From Carpediemonas membranifera BICM (lineage: Eukaryota; Protista; Fornicata), in the NCBI GenBank assembly GCA_019828565.1, contig JAHDYR010000066.1:1-64000 (forward strand): a stretch of 64,000 nucleotides of DNA. The letters run 5' to 3'. The stretch's first letter is position 1. Each line of letters opens with the position of its first letter. Below are positions 53,587 through 63,998 of this stretch, in pieces. The translations under genes and the position numbers were made by a program. The notes beneath the pieces were generated by a model. It was given only the letters and a program-made list of their open reading frames with translations. It did no database searches and was not told the DNA's origin.

Positions 53587-56091
53587 ATGAGCGCCAAGAG
53601 CGCTGTTAGCCTGAGCAAAAGCGTGCGCTTCGACGATGTCGTGTTTCTGAACGAGAGCGATGCGCTTACAACGGCGAACCCCACTCCAAGCGTCATAGGG
53701 CCCCGCGACTTGTTTTCACCGCCTGCACAGCCCATGGAGGGCAAGTACGACTCCGATTCAAGCGATGACGGCACTATAGCGGTCCATTCGCTTCACGGCT
53801 TCACGCCCATCGTCAAGGCGACGCCATACGAGTTCCCCCGCTCGGCACGGCTTGCCCAACGCGATGAGCAGGTGGTGGAGAACATCAACAGGCTGAAGGA
53901 GGTCATGTCCATCACCTTCTTCATCATCCACGCCGAGTTCTACGCCCTGCTCGTCTCGACTCCGACCATTATCTGGTGCTTTCTCCAGATTGTGTCCGAG
54001 AAGAACATGTTCGACGGCAGCTTCAGCGACTGGTCGTCGTCGGACATATTCTTCTACACAATCGACACGTCCATCATGAACATGGTCCTGTGCTCCTCCG
54101 CGGCCATCCCCATCATCCTGGCGTACGGCCGGGCCGCCATGCGCATCCTGCCCATGTTCCTCTTCGTGTTCATCGCTCTCATGGTCTGGACAACCATCGC
54201 CTCGAGCTTCCTGCGCCACTGGGTCGACCTGGTCACTCTGCTCTTCCCCCTTTACATATTCGCAGCGCTCTTCGTCATATACACGTCATACATGGTCCAC
54301 CGGCTCCACCTCATGCAGTGGTACAAGGTATTCGTCTGGTACATCCCATTCCTGCTCAACCTGGCCCTCGTCGACTTCCTGCTCCACCGCTACTTCCGCA
54401 CTGACGACACGGGCTGGCTCACCTTCGCATACAGGGTTTCCATCAGGTTTATCATCGTCCCGGGCATTTACACGGCCCAGATCTTCATCGCCCGCGTCGT
54501 CTGCGTCTCCCTCTTCACCCTGCCCGAGAACCAGCGCCTGTCACTCTCAGTCATCCCGACCTTCTTCCGGTGCGCCGTCGCCAGGGTCCTCGTGGCCAGG
54601 GGCGGCACCTACTCGCAGATTGTCATCATGCTCTTCATATCCGCGGCCAATGACATCCTTATGCGGGTCACCATCCGGTACCGTGACAAGTTCGCCATCG
54701 ACAACATCAAGCGGGTGTACAATGCGATCAGGCGGCCGTTCGGGAGAGCCACGGTCGCCCCGACGACGACGCCGTACATGGGGGTTGACGCGCCCGAGAG
54801 CTTCGCCAAGACGATGACTGCCCTCGTGACTGCCGACAGCGTCTTCGTGCTCGGCACCACCGTGGACCACACGGCGACGCCGTACGACATGCTCTTCCTG
54901 GGGGAGAAGGAGGGCTTCCTTGTCGCCTGCTCCACCGCTACAGAAATCCCTGTGCTGCCCAGCAGGGGCGTGCGGGGGCCTGACGGCAAGCCCGACCCTG
55001 CCATCGAGGACATTTACATGGGTTACGGCCGTCTGTTATGTATCATGACCGTGGCCGGCCTGAACCTCCCCGCGGAGGCCGTCCCCAGCAAGTTTACCGA
55101 GCTGCTGTCCCGGGCCCCCGCCTCCGCCCTCAAGGTCCAGCCCGAGCTCAGGGACGCCATGACGTGTGTCAGATCGGGCTTCTGGACAGCCTTCGACCAC
55201 TTTATGATGGACAACGCCGGGGTGGTTGACAACCCGACGATGCGCTCGCTCCTGTGCTGCCCGCCTCCTGTATCTGCGGCCTTCTTCATGGACAAGGTCC
55301 GCCCCTTCCCCAGAGGCAGCAGACGGATGCGGAACATCATCAGCAAAATCTTGTCGGGCTGGGAGACGCACGATCCGCGGTCTCTGGCCGAGCTCGTCCA
55401 CACCGTGATGGGCAGCGACGTCGACAACATCCCCAACTACTCGATTGAAGTCTCCCTCGACCCTGTTCCCAAGCGGCAGCCCGTCCCGACCAACAAGATC
55501 TTTATTGATCTCGTGAGATCGGATATTGAGCTGACTATCCTGCTCAAGCAGCAGTGCGACGTGCGGCTGAAGCCCCCCATCTTCGGCCTCGTCCGGCACA
55601 TCACTGACCGCCTCAAGCCCGGCCCCATCGTGGTCCAGGTGCACTACTGGGGGCTGCAGCTGGACTCGGCGACGGACGACGCGATGCGGACGCTCATGGC
55701 AGCCACGGTAGTCGGGGAGCAAGAGCTGTTCGACTCCCACACGGCCGTGCTGACGAACGAGATGATCATCGACTCCGCCACCATATTCAGCGTCAGCTGG
55801 ATGGTCTTCGCATTCAACCTCATCTTTAAGCGGGACACGCTCCACACGTTCTGGTCGGGCTGGATTCAGCTGCTGGTCACTCAAATCGCATTCGCCGTGC
55901 TCGTGGACTTCGTCTCGGTCTTCGCATGGTCCCTCCCCAACCTCCGCCGCCGCAACAGGTCGCTCTTCCGGGTAGTCTGGGATGACAGGGCCAGGAACTT
56001 CCTTATGCAGATCATGACCGGGAACATCATCATGACCATGTTCTTCACATACAGGATGTTCCTCGCGCTCGCTGGGTCTTGGCATACGTGA
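53587..56091 (+). CDS. Multi-pass membrane protein, unknown function
   Basis: 834-aa ORF with about 7-8 N-terminal TM segments, a large loop, then about 3 C-terminal TM segments. Confidence 0.8.
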   Translation: MSAKSAVSLSKSVRFDDVVFLNESDALTTANPTPSVIGPRDLFSPPAQPMEGKYDSDSSDDGTIAVHSLHGFTPIVKATPYEFPRSARLAQRDEQVVENINRLKEVMSITFFIIHAEFYALLVSTPTIIWCFLQIVSEKNMFDGSFSDWSSSDIFFYTIDTSIMNMVLCSSAAIPIILAYGRAAMRILPMFLFVFIALMVWTTIASSFLRHWVDLVTLLFPLYIFAALFVIYTSYMVHRLHLMQWYKVFVWYIPFLLNLALVDFLLHRYFRTDDTGWLTFAYRVSIRFIIVPGIYTAQIFIARVVCVSLFTLPENQRLSLSVIPTFFRCAVARVLVARGGTYSQIVIMLFISAANDILMRVTIRYRDKFAIDNIKRVYNAIRRPFGRATVAPTTTPYMGVDAPESFAKTMTALVTADSVFVLGTTVDHTATPYDMLFLGEKEGFLVACSTATEIPVLPSRGVRGPDGKPDPAIEDIYMGYGRLLCIMTVAGLNLPAEAVPSKFTELLSRAPASALKVQPELRDAMTCVRSGFWTAFDHFMMDNAGVVDNPTMRSLLCCPPPVSAAFFMDKVRPFPRGSRRMRNIISKILSGWETHDPRSLAELVHTVMGSDVDNIPNYSIEVSLDPVPKRQPVPTNKIFIDLVRSDIELTILLKQQCDVRLKPPIFGLVRHITDRLKPGPIVVQVHYWGLQLDSATDDAMRTLMAATVVGEQELFDSHTAVLTNEMIIDSATIFSVSWMVFAFNLIFKRDTLHTFWSGWIQLLVTQIAFAVLVDFVSVFAWSLPNLRRRNRSLFRVVWDDRARNFLMQIMTGNIIMTMFFTYRMFLALAGSWHT

Positions 56092-56764
56092 ATCCAGGGG
56101 TCGGTTCAACGTGCAGTTTATGCCAAGTCGAAAAGAGGATATTGCCATAGAGGATGGAGAACAGGTTTACACAATACAAGCGTTCTGTCATCAACATTGT
56201 AGATTCATATTCGGCGGATGAGGGGCTTGTTACTTCGAGAAAGGCAGTTTTGGCTCTTCACGCCACGAACCCGGATGTTGTATATCGTATGAACATCACT
56301 CCCGATGTTCTGCACCATATTGTGGATAAGCTGAAGGGATACGCCGGAATAAGTGAGTGATATAGCCTTAGGACATCTCGTGAACCATAGAACCCCTTGC
56401 TCTGTGTTAACGAGTACTGACCAAGGCATAAGCAACCAGCTGGTATCCAAACGAACCGGTGTGGCATCGTACATTAGCGGTGATGCTCATCAATTCGCTC
56501 CCTCTGTGCTGCCCCCTGTGTGTCCTCGGCCAATGGTCGGGATTCTGCCATTCATTCTATGCTAAATCGCACGCAGTTAACGATTAATCCTTCTTGCCGT
56601 CGCCCCATGTCTATCGAGATGCCAGCCTCAGTCTCGAGCCAGCGGCTGACTGGCCCAAGATGAAGCATGTGGACATCTCAGCCCCGGACTGTGCTGCGGG
56701 GTTGCGAGGCAGCCTTCGACTCGATCGACTCGGCTGACAGACGTATTCTTCTCAACGACGCAAA

Positions 56765-58630
56765 ATGAACTCGATATCTATAGCGCTATTGGAGCAAAAG
56801 ATAGAAATAACCCGAGCTTTAGCCTCATATGCGCAGCAGAGGTTCAGGGACCGGAAAACGCTCAAAGGATTCCGTGATTTGCCCGTGAAACGGCGCGCAG
56901 AAGTGCGAATGAAGGTAGATCGGATAGTTGAGGATGAAAAATCCCGTGTGGTGGCCGAAGATGCTCTGATCACACGGCTACGAATGGTGCTCGCATCCCA
57001 AGAAACCTCAAGAATTGCGACCACTCTCGGCGACAGTACCGTGCCAGAGGACGAAGTACCGCCTGTGGACCTTGACTCTGTCCGTGCCGCGCACGATGAG
57101 GCCATGGAAAACCTCCTGCTCGTCCGGGGTGAGAAGAAGACAAAGCCACAGCCGGCCAAGAAGTCGAGGCCGACGAAGCAGCGGCTGCCCATGCGGCATC
57201 CGACCCCTGTGGACAGACTAGAGCCCCGCCCGCTTGTTTCGGCTGAGTGGACGGACAAGCTCGCGCTAATGGCGATCAGCGCAGCCCTGGAGGCGGAGGT
57301 CGCCCTGGCGGATCAGTTCAGTGATGCTATTGAAGGCTCCCGGGAGTCCCTCGAGGGTGGGGTGACCCGCATCCGTGCCAGGTTCAACCTGGACCACCTC
57401 CGTTCCCACAGCGTGCTGCCCCCCGTCCCCGCCCCGGTCCCGCTGTACACGAGACCCGCAACCAAGGCAAGGAAGGAGGCGAAGGACGAGGTGCAACCAC
57501 ACGCGGCTACCCGGCCCGGCACCGCCCCGGACCCGAGGAAGGCGACTCCCGTGACAGTGGGGGTGGCCGACCGGCGACGGGAGTGGGCCGCCCTACTCAA
57601 GGGGCCGCGGCCCACCGCCCGCCGGCCCACCAGTGCCCCGGTCGCCCGGCACTGCGCGATAGTCGAGCGGCACGGCCAGGTGGTCTTTATCATGGAGCGG
57701 AGGGGGGTTGCGAAGATCTCGTTCGACCCTGTCACGGAGGAGGAGGAGGCCGTCATCAAGCACGTCGTTCCCATGTGGTACGCGTACGTCAGGCGGCGGG
57801 AGGCTGAGAGAAAGGCGACGATCGCAGACGTCCGCAGCAGAGCCGCGGCCCGCGGTTGCCAGCGTCTAATGAGGCTCCGCCGCAGCAGGCAGGCCGTCAG
57901 CCATCCTGAGTGGGTCCCGCAGTCAGACTCAAGCGACTGTGACTCAGACGCGACTCCAAAGCCCGTCCCGGCGCCCTCTGCGGAGCATCTCGCGGCGACT
58001 GTGATCCAGGCCTGGTACCGCATGTTGAGGGACCGCCGCAACTACCCCTGGGCCCGCGGGTATGCCTCACATCGCACAGCACGCCGCCGGGCCGACCTCG
58101 CCGCGCAGGGTTGGGCGGGTCAGGCAAAGCATGAGGGTGTCGTCGTGGCGGCCATGATTTCCCTGGCACGACACATCGCTGACCTGGACGAGGTTGACGC
58201 GTACAACCGGCGAGTGCTGTGGTATGCCGCGGTGGCGCGGTGGCGGGGCAGACTCAGGTGTCTGGCCAAGATGCTACCCGTCCCCGACCACTATGTGCCG
58301 CAACGGGACCCGGTGTCCGGGCAGATGTACTGGATTAACCTGAAGAAGAACGAGAAGATCTTCACAAACCCACTGCTGCTGGAGGCCGCCGCTGCCGAGG
58401 CCCGCGTGGAGGAGGGGGCGTTCGAGCCTTGCAGCCGGGCCAGGACTGACCAGCTCCGGTTCGACCTGGGGCAGCTGGTGAGTGAGCTTGTGACCAGTGA
58501 AATCACGGCGGATGATGCGGTCATCCTCGACAACTTCAGGTTCAAGGACGACACGGAGCAGGAGTCGGAGGCGGACGAGGTTCGAGGGGCGGACATAGCC
58601 TCGGACGTGGCGTCTATCATGGGACAGTAA
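56765..58630 (+). CDS. IQ-motif and WW-like domain protein
   Basis: AATVIQAWYRMLRDR (IQ); VPDHYVPQRDPVSGQMYWINLKKNEKIFTNP (WW-like). Confidence 0.7.
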   Translation: MNSISIALLEQKIEITRALASYAQQRFRDRKTLKGFRDLPVKRRAEVRMKVDRIVEDEKSRVVAEDALITRLRMVLASQETSRIATTLGDSTVPEDEVPPVDLDSVRAAHDEAMENLLLVRGEKKTKPQPAKKSRPTKQRLPMRHPTPVDRLEPRPLVSAEWTDKLALMAISAALEAEVALADQFSDAIEGSRESLEGGVTRIRARFNLDHLRSHSVLPPVPAPVPLYTRPATKARKEAKDEVQPHAATRPGTAPDPRKATPVTVGVADRRREWAALLKGPRPTARRPTSAPVARHCAIVERHGQVVFIMERRGVAKISFDPVTEEEEAVIKHVVPMWYAYVRRREAERKATIADVRSRAAARGCQRLMRLRRSRQAVSHPEWVPQSDSSDCDSDATPKPVPAPSAEHLAATVIQAWYRMLRDRRNYPWARGYASHRTARRRADLAAQGWAGQAKHEGVVVAAMISLARHIADLDEVDAYNRRVLWYAAVARWRGRLRCLAKMLPVPDHYVPQRDPVSGQMYWINLKKNEKIFTNPLLLEAAAAEARVEEGAFEPCSRARTDQLRFDLGQLVSELVTSEITADDAVILDNFRFKDDTEQESEADEVRGADIASDVASIMGQ

Positions 58631-58841
58631 ACGGTGTCCTCGACTTGACAGTCAGCATTCGATGTGGACTCAGTTTAGGCAGGTCGCCATAGTGTGCCGG
58701 TCTCCTCCGCCGTCATTTGGCATGGGTCGCACAACAGGGAGACATTCGGTGGCTAATCATGGTCAAACTCGCCTTATCCGCTCTGATCATCGCGGACACT
58801 AAGCTGCACTTCGAGCCGAAGAATTCCCTAAAAACTCGGCG

Positions 58842-61217
58842 ATGAGCTACGGGCTTCTCCCAGTTACAAAAGATATACAACAGCTGTGCTCTGAATTGAG
58901 CGATTTGACGAACGGCGCGAGTACGACCTTCGCGTCCGCTCATCTTGCGAAAGTATCGCCATATCTCTTCGTCAATGACCTATCACGCGACGACCAGGAC
59001 GAATACGGCTTTGATATGCACACTTCAGAGACCGACAGTGGCGAGATTGTCTCCCTGATCGGCGAGCGGTCCTATTCCGCCTCCTCGATGTCCTGCAGCC
59101 CGGCACTGCCCCTCATACGTGCATCTCACGTCTCTAAGGGCGTCAGCAGGCTAGTAGAGGCCAACATGGCGTCACTCATCCACGGCTTCTCAACAACAAA
59201 CATTGCATTCGGCCACAAGTCCTCTGGGCGGACCTCGTTCCTCCTCGCCGACCAGTTCCACCAACATTCCGTCTTCGAGGACGTCGCCGCGGCCATATTC
59301 GACAGTGTAGAGGAGGGTGAGACCGTGGGTATCTCCTGTGCGGACGTTCCCACCACGGCCATCAGGGACGTCCTCGTCGGGGGTGATGCCGTCGCGGCCA
59401 TCCACGACTTGGCCATCATAGAGGCGACTAACCTTACTGAGGTGTTTGCCGCTGTCCAGGCTGGCCGTGCGGCATCCAAGGCGTCGTCGTCGATGGCCGC
59501 GCCGACTCTGACCGCCCTCGCCGTCCGGATCTCCTGGTTCCGGCCCGAGGGTGTCACTACCGCCGACTTCATCGAGATCCCCGGCACTTGCTCCGAGGCT
59601 GACCAGCTGGAGCGGACGCAGAGATCGCAGTCGTACTCGCCGCTCGAGATCAACGCGAAGAGGTCCGCCCACTCGTTTGCCAGGGGCATGAACGAGCTCA
59701 TCGAGGTCTGCAAGAAGGGGAAGGCCGCACAGTCCGCCAGACTATCGCAGACGGTCCCTAGCGTCCGTGACAACGCGGTGTGCCGAGCGGTATTCCCGAT
59801 GGTGACATCAACGGTCGTCCACATCGTCGGGTTTGTGACACCAGGAGAGAACTCCTTCAGCTCGGTCAAGTCAACGGTCAAGTTGTTGATGGATTCAAGA
59901 TCTATTGAATCTCCTGTGCTGAAATCGACCATGAATCTCGACCGCTTCATCAGGGCTGGGGGTGTTGTGCTGTCCCTCGACGACGCGGTCGGGAAAATTG
60001 AGCGCGCCCTCGCTGCAAGCCCGAGCACGGCGTCCCATTTCTCCCAGTCGCGGGCGTCCAGCAGAGCCCCGTCGCCCGCCACATCCCGCCTGAGGCAGTC
60101 GATCAGATCCTCCCGGTTCGCAGAGACAGAGGCCGGGTCCGAGTTCGGCCGGTCCCGGGCGGACGACACGGCGTACCCCTCCGTCCGTCGGCCGACGGAC
60201 CAGGGTAGGCGAGACTCGGCCCCGGCCATGCCGACGAACGGGTTCCACATCGGTCAACGGGAGCTGACTGAGTCTGTTAGAGTCGAGAACTTCGGGGCCT
60301 CGCGAACTGATGTTGACGTCGATGCCCGGCACAGCGTGTATGTGTCGGGGCCGGGGGATGAGGCCGTATCCAGGCCCAACTGGGTGGTGACAGAATCACA
60401 GATCTCGGATCGCCTAAACGCGAGCCGCAGCCGGGTGTCCGAGTACATGGACCAGTCGGAGCTGTCCCAGATTCCAGAGACGGTTGAGGTGGAGCTGCGG
60501 CATCTACGGGAGAGCGCGGCACTCAAGGATGAGACCATACGACTCCTCAAGGCCGAGCTGGGCCGGCTGAGTCAACAGCAAGTCGAGGAGCACAGCCGGG
60601 TCACCACCGAGAACGATGCCCAGCGGTCGGCCATGGCGCGGCCCCAGAAGTACACCGGCTTCATCTCAGACCCCAGGCCCCCCACCGCCGCCCGGACGGT
60701 GACGGCTAACCTGCGGCGGGACCTGAAACGGAAGGAGGCTGCCATCATGCGGCTGACGGCCGAGCTGAGCATGGCCCAGGACGAGACCAAGGGCATTGAC
60801 CAACTGCGGGCCAGGCTACGGCAGGCAGAGCGTGTGGCAGCCGACCGGCGGACCCAGATCGAGGGGCTCGAGGAGGAGCTGATCACGGCCCGCCGGATGG
60901 TCAAGATCGCCGAGCAGAACCAGCAGGCGGCAGATTCTGAGCTAGCGTCGATGGCACAGGAGCTGAGCCGCGTCAAGGCTGAGATGCAGCAGACCAAGGC
61001 CGAGTGTAAGCTGATCCGGTCCCAGAGCAAGCTGCAGAGCACCAGCGGCCACACCTCAGCGACCAGCTCGCCGTCAATAGGGTCTACTGGGCGATCGGCG
61101 GACTTCCCCGTGGCGCGAGACATGCCCGCCCGCAGCTGGGGCAGAGGCGACATCGCCGAGCTCGACGACCTACACCAGACGCTGCGGGAGAAGCTGGCTG
61201 GGTTACGGGGCCACTGA
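58842..61217 (+). CDS. Degenerate kinesin-motor-like domain plus coiled coil
   Basis: GFSTTNIAFGHKSSGRT (P-loop), ADFIEIPG (switch II position), VPSVRDNAV, IVGFVTPG..SFSSVKSTVK occur in kinesin order. Confidence 0.7.
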   Translation: MSYGLLPVTKDIQQLCSELSDLTNGASTTFASAHLAKVSPYLFVNDLSRDDQDEYGFDMHTSETDSGEIVSLIGERSYSASSMSCSPALPLIRASHVSKGVSRLVEANMASLIHGFSTTNIAFGHKSSGRTSFLLADQFHQHSVFEDVAAAIFDSVEEGETVGISCADVPTTAIRDVLVGGDAVAAIHDLAIIEATNLTEVFAAVQAGRAASKASSSMAAPTLTALAVRISWFRPEGVTTADFIEIPGTCSEADQLERTQRSQSYSPLEINAKRSAHSFARGMNELIEVCKKGKAAQSARLSQTVPSVRDNAVCRAVFPMVTSTVVHIVGFVTPGENSFSSVKSTVKLLMDSRSIESPVLKSTMNLDRFIRAGGVVLSLDDAVGKIERALAASPSTASHFSQSRASSRAPSPATSRLRQSIRSSRFAETEAGSEFGRSRADDTAYPSVRRPTDQGRRDSAPAMPTNGFHIGQRELTESVRVENFGASRTDVDVDARHSVYVSGPGDEAVSRPNWVVTESQISDRLNASRSRVSEYMDQSELSQIPETVEVELRHLRESAALKDETIRLLKAELGRLSQQQVEEHSRVTTENDAQRSAMARPQKYTGFISDPRPPTAARTVTANLRRDLKRKEAAIMRLTAELSMAQDETKGIDQLRARLRQAERVAADRRTQIEGLEEELITARRMVKIAEQNQQAADSELASMAQELSRVKAEMQQTKAECKLIRSQSKLQSTSGHTSATSSPSIGSTGRSADFPVARDMPARSWGRGDIAELDDLHQTLREKLAGLRGH

Positions 61218-61335
61218 ACGGTGGCATAGGATTGCATAGATGATAAAGCATGGCATGCCGCATGTTGATTGTATGGCCGGAGAAGCTGACGCCGGAAATT
61301 TGTGTCAAATCTGGCAATTCAAACCACGAGGCTGA

Positions 61336-62280
61336 ATGCCGATCTCCCTGGACACTACTGAGCTTGGTTTGATACTTAAGCATGAAGGGCACTTCCCAAA
61401 AGAGCATCGTGCTGCTATTTGGTCATATCTCCTTGCGCTTCCCGAGAACCGCGCAGAATTCGCTGTGTTCTCGTCCCGTGGCCTCCATCCGCTATGCACA
61501 GACATAGAGCGTGTTTATCCTATCTCGGATCGGCGTCTCATGCGCCGATTTCAGCGTACACTGTCAGTTCTCGGCTACTGGTCACCAACATGCGCGCAGC
61601 TGTCCTACTTCGCTGAAATGTTCTTCCCTCTGATCAAAGTCTTCGACGCTAACCTCCTTTGCGCCGCCGAGTGCTGCATGACGCTTGTTACGAACCACTT
61701 CAGCACGTTCCTGCCCCACTTCCCCCACCCCCCCGTCGACTATCTCTCCCTTGTACAGGCCGTGCTCCGCGAATACGACCCCATCCTGGTCCAGACGGTG
61801 CAGCAGTGGCGCATCAGCGTGGTTGATTACATCTGGCCGCTGACCCGGTCGCTATTCACCACCGTCTTGCACACAGCCGAGTGGGAGCAGCTCATGGACC
61901 ACGTCATGTTCCACCCGCCCTGCTTCCTCGTGTTCTTCACCGCTGCGTATTTACATAGCTGTCGTAAGTATATCCTGAAGGCCGGGTCACGGACGGCGGT
62001 GCTGGCCCTCCTCACGAGGCACTGTCCCGTTTCTCTGCCCAAGGCGCTGCAAACAGCCCACTACTGGCTGCTGGAGAACGAAAAGCCGCACGGCACCCTC
62101 CCCGTGGTGCCCCGTGCGATGTACGGGTTCGTCCCCTTGGGCCGCGACTCCTACCCCCGCGGGCCGATCCTCAGCACGGCCACGATCAGCAGCGTTGACG
62201 ACGTCGACGGGTACAGCATGGACGACTTCGACGCGGCGCCGGTGTACACTGACAGTGAGACGAGTGATAGTGAGTACTGA
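61336..62280 (+). CDS. Rab-GAP TBC-domain protein (TBC1D31-like)
   Basis: LKHEGHFPKEHRAAIWSYLLALPEN, YPISDRRL.RRFQRTLSVLGYWSP, FPHPP, WPLTRSLFT.VL...EWEQLMDH. Confidence 0.8.
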   Translation: MPISLDTTELGLILKHEGHFPKEHRAAIWSYLLALPENRAEFAVFSSRGLHPLCTDIERVYPISDRRLMRRFQRTLSVLGYWSPTCAQLSYFAEMFFPLIKVFDANLLCAAECCMTLVTNHFSTFLPHFPHPPVDYLSLVQAVLREYDPILVQTVQQWRISVVDYIWPLTRSLFTTVLHTAEWEQLMDHVMFHPPCFLVFFTAAYLHSCRKYILKAGSRTAVLALLTRHCPVSLPKALQTAHYWLLENEKPHGTLPVVPRAMYGFVPLGRDSYPRGPILSTATISSVDDVDGYSMDDFDAAPVYTDSETSDSEY

Positions 62281-62384
62281 CGGTTGGATGTCGGCCATGG
62301 TGGATGGGACAGACGGTGGCCTGTGCTTGTGAATAGTGCAGCGGGTTCGCCATACGGCACTTGTCGGATGACCTGCTTAACGAT

Positions 62385-63971
62385 TTACGTTGCGCAGTAT
62401 AAACACATTGTTCGAACCTCCAGACAGGGCCTGAAAGGAACGATCAAAGTGCCAAACTGACAAACAACATCATCCGTCCGTAGACGAATGTTGGCGGTTA
62501 GCCAATTGATGATGCTGGAATGATGTTGGAAGGCGCGGGATCGATGTGCGACTGAACGGAGAGCCACTGAGCTCATCTTCCGTGGCAAGAGAACGCCACA
62601 GGATGTCTCTGCAGCACTCTTGTCCCGATGATCAACATTCAGAGCATCAGGAACTGTTGCGCGCCACTGAGCACCACGGCACTGTGGATTTTCGCAGAGC
62701 ATCACACGATGTGGGTGAACGTGCTGGTCATCACGCGGACGAACTCGCTTGTAGGGGGCGTGGCAGTGAGGGCAGACGACGGTGGTGCGATCCTCGTTAG
62801 CCATGTTAAGATCGACAATGGTATACCCCTTGAGAAGGGGAACTATCTCTCTCGCGAACTTTCGATATGGCGCGCAAGGAATGAACATACCAGCAGGCGT
62901 GGTGAATCCCGAGCTCCCGTAGAAGACTTTCAGGCGAATGGGGGTGGCGATGGGATGGTGGCGACGCCAACCGAACTCCCGAGCCAACTGTTGGCCGCAG
63001 AGGGCGAAGTGCTTCTGGCGAAGGATGTGGTTCGCAAAGCGCACTCGGCGGAAAGACTTACGCATTCCAGCCTCGAAAATGTCGTTCGCGTTGTCCAGCA
63101 CAAACCTAATAGAGTTGTTGATACTCACTAGTCTTGTGCTCTTGAACGACGCGGCCGTCATATCAAAGCCGAAACTTGGCGTCTTAGTGTATCCGCACTT
63201 TGGAAGGACGCCGGAGCTGGTGGTGCCATCGGGGTGCCTGATGTAATACCCTCCGATGGACCTCGCGCCCGGGTCGAACCCCATGAGGTGGGCATCAGGA
63301 TCCGGCGCGGGCAGAGCATCGGCATTATTGGTCCCGAGTCGGGGGCGCTCTTTCTCCCGCCCTTTCGCTCGCTTTCGAACAGGCATGCTCGCATCATGTT
63401 GTGGCCGATAGTGGCCGCCTCGCTTAACCGTCACCGCCACACAGACCCCATCGGTGCTCAGGCTGAGCAGACGGCCCATTGACCTGGGGTTGTCCCGGTA
63501 GCGTCTTTTTTGGAGGCGTGCGGGAGTGTGGGATTAATTCCCACGATGACAGAAGTTCTCGTTCAGTAGGCCCATCGTTTCACGATCACGGGCCATGAAG
63601 CCCGGCCGGACGGGGGCCATGGGCACGATCGGCACGAGGCGAGGCTGGCGGAGCGACATCGAGTACTCCCCGTTGAAGTGGCTGATGAGGCCACTCAACT
63701 TCTCCACTCCGTCTGCAATTGCCCAGACGCAAGAGAGAATGCGTGGGGCAGCCTGGGAGACTGGGAGCCCGTCGTTCTCACCCATGTGAGCCGCCCAGAA
63801 CAGCAAGGGGAGACACGCGAGGATCACAGGGTTGACCCTGCCGAGGATGGCGTGAACGCCGGCCAACTCCTGCTGGAAGAAGACGTCCACGAAGAAGACG
63901 CTTTGTGGAAGCCCTGGAGAAGACGATCTCCCTACCGACTTAAGACGTGAGTAGGAGGGAGACAGGGCAGT
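62385..63971 (-). mobile_element. Fanzor1-like (TnpB-derived) RNA-guided RuvC nuclease gene, degenerate
   Basis: STDGVCVAV; RuvC-I GFDPG (D at 63273-63275); YG; NEDRTT (E at 62793-62795); CPHC...CENPQC zinc finger; RuvC-III HRDKSAA (D at 62622-62624). ORFs 63534-63989 and 62385-63479 share one frame separated by a single TAA. Confidence 0.88.
62389..62469 (-). ncRNA. Candidate Fanzor omegaRNA scaffold / element 3' end
   Basis: About 80 nt between the inferred native stop (62470-62472) and the duplicated terminus, with local hairpin potential. Position-based inference. Confidence 0.5.
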
Positions 63972-63998
63972 GTTGCGCAGTATAAACACATTGTTCGA
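63972..63998 (-). repeat. Second copy of the 27-bp Fanzor-element 3' terminus (direct repeat of 62389-62415)
   Basis: GTTGCGCAGTATAAACACATTGTTCGA is identical at both positions. Confidence 0.95.

Noticed and set aside
56154-56360. 68-aa ORF between two genes
   Set aside because: No recognisable motif; cannot be supported without expression data.
62385-62606. The ORF-track C-terminus of the Fanzor ORF (ETSCGV...CLYCAT) as native protein
   Set aside because: The alternate frame gives the expected DIL...PFSR tail and stops at 62470; the listed tail reads through the presumptive omegaRNA and element end.
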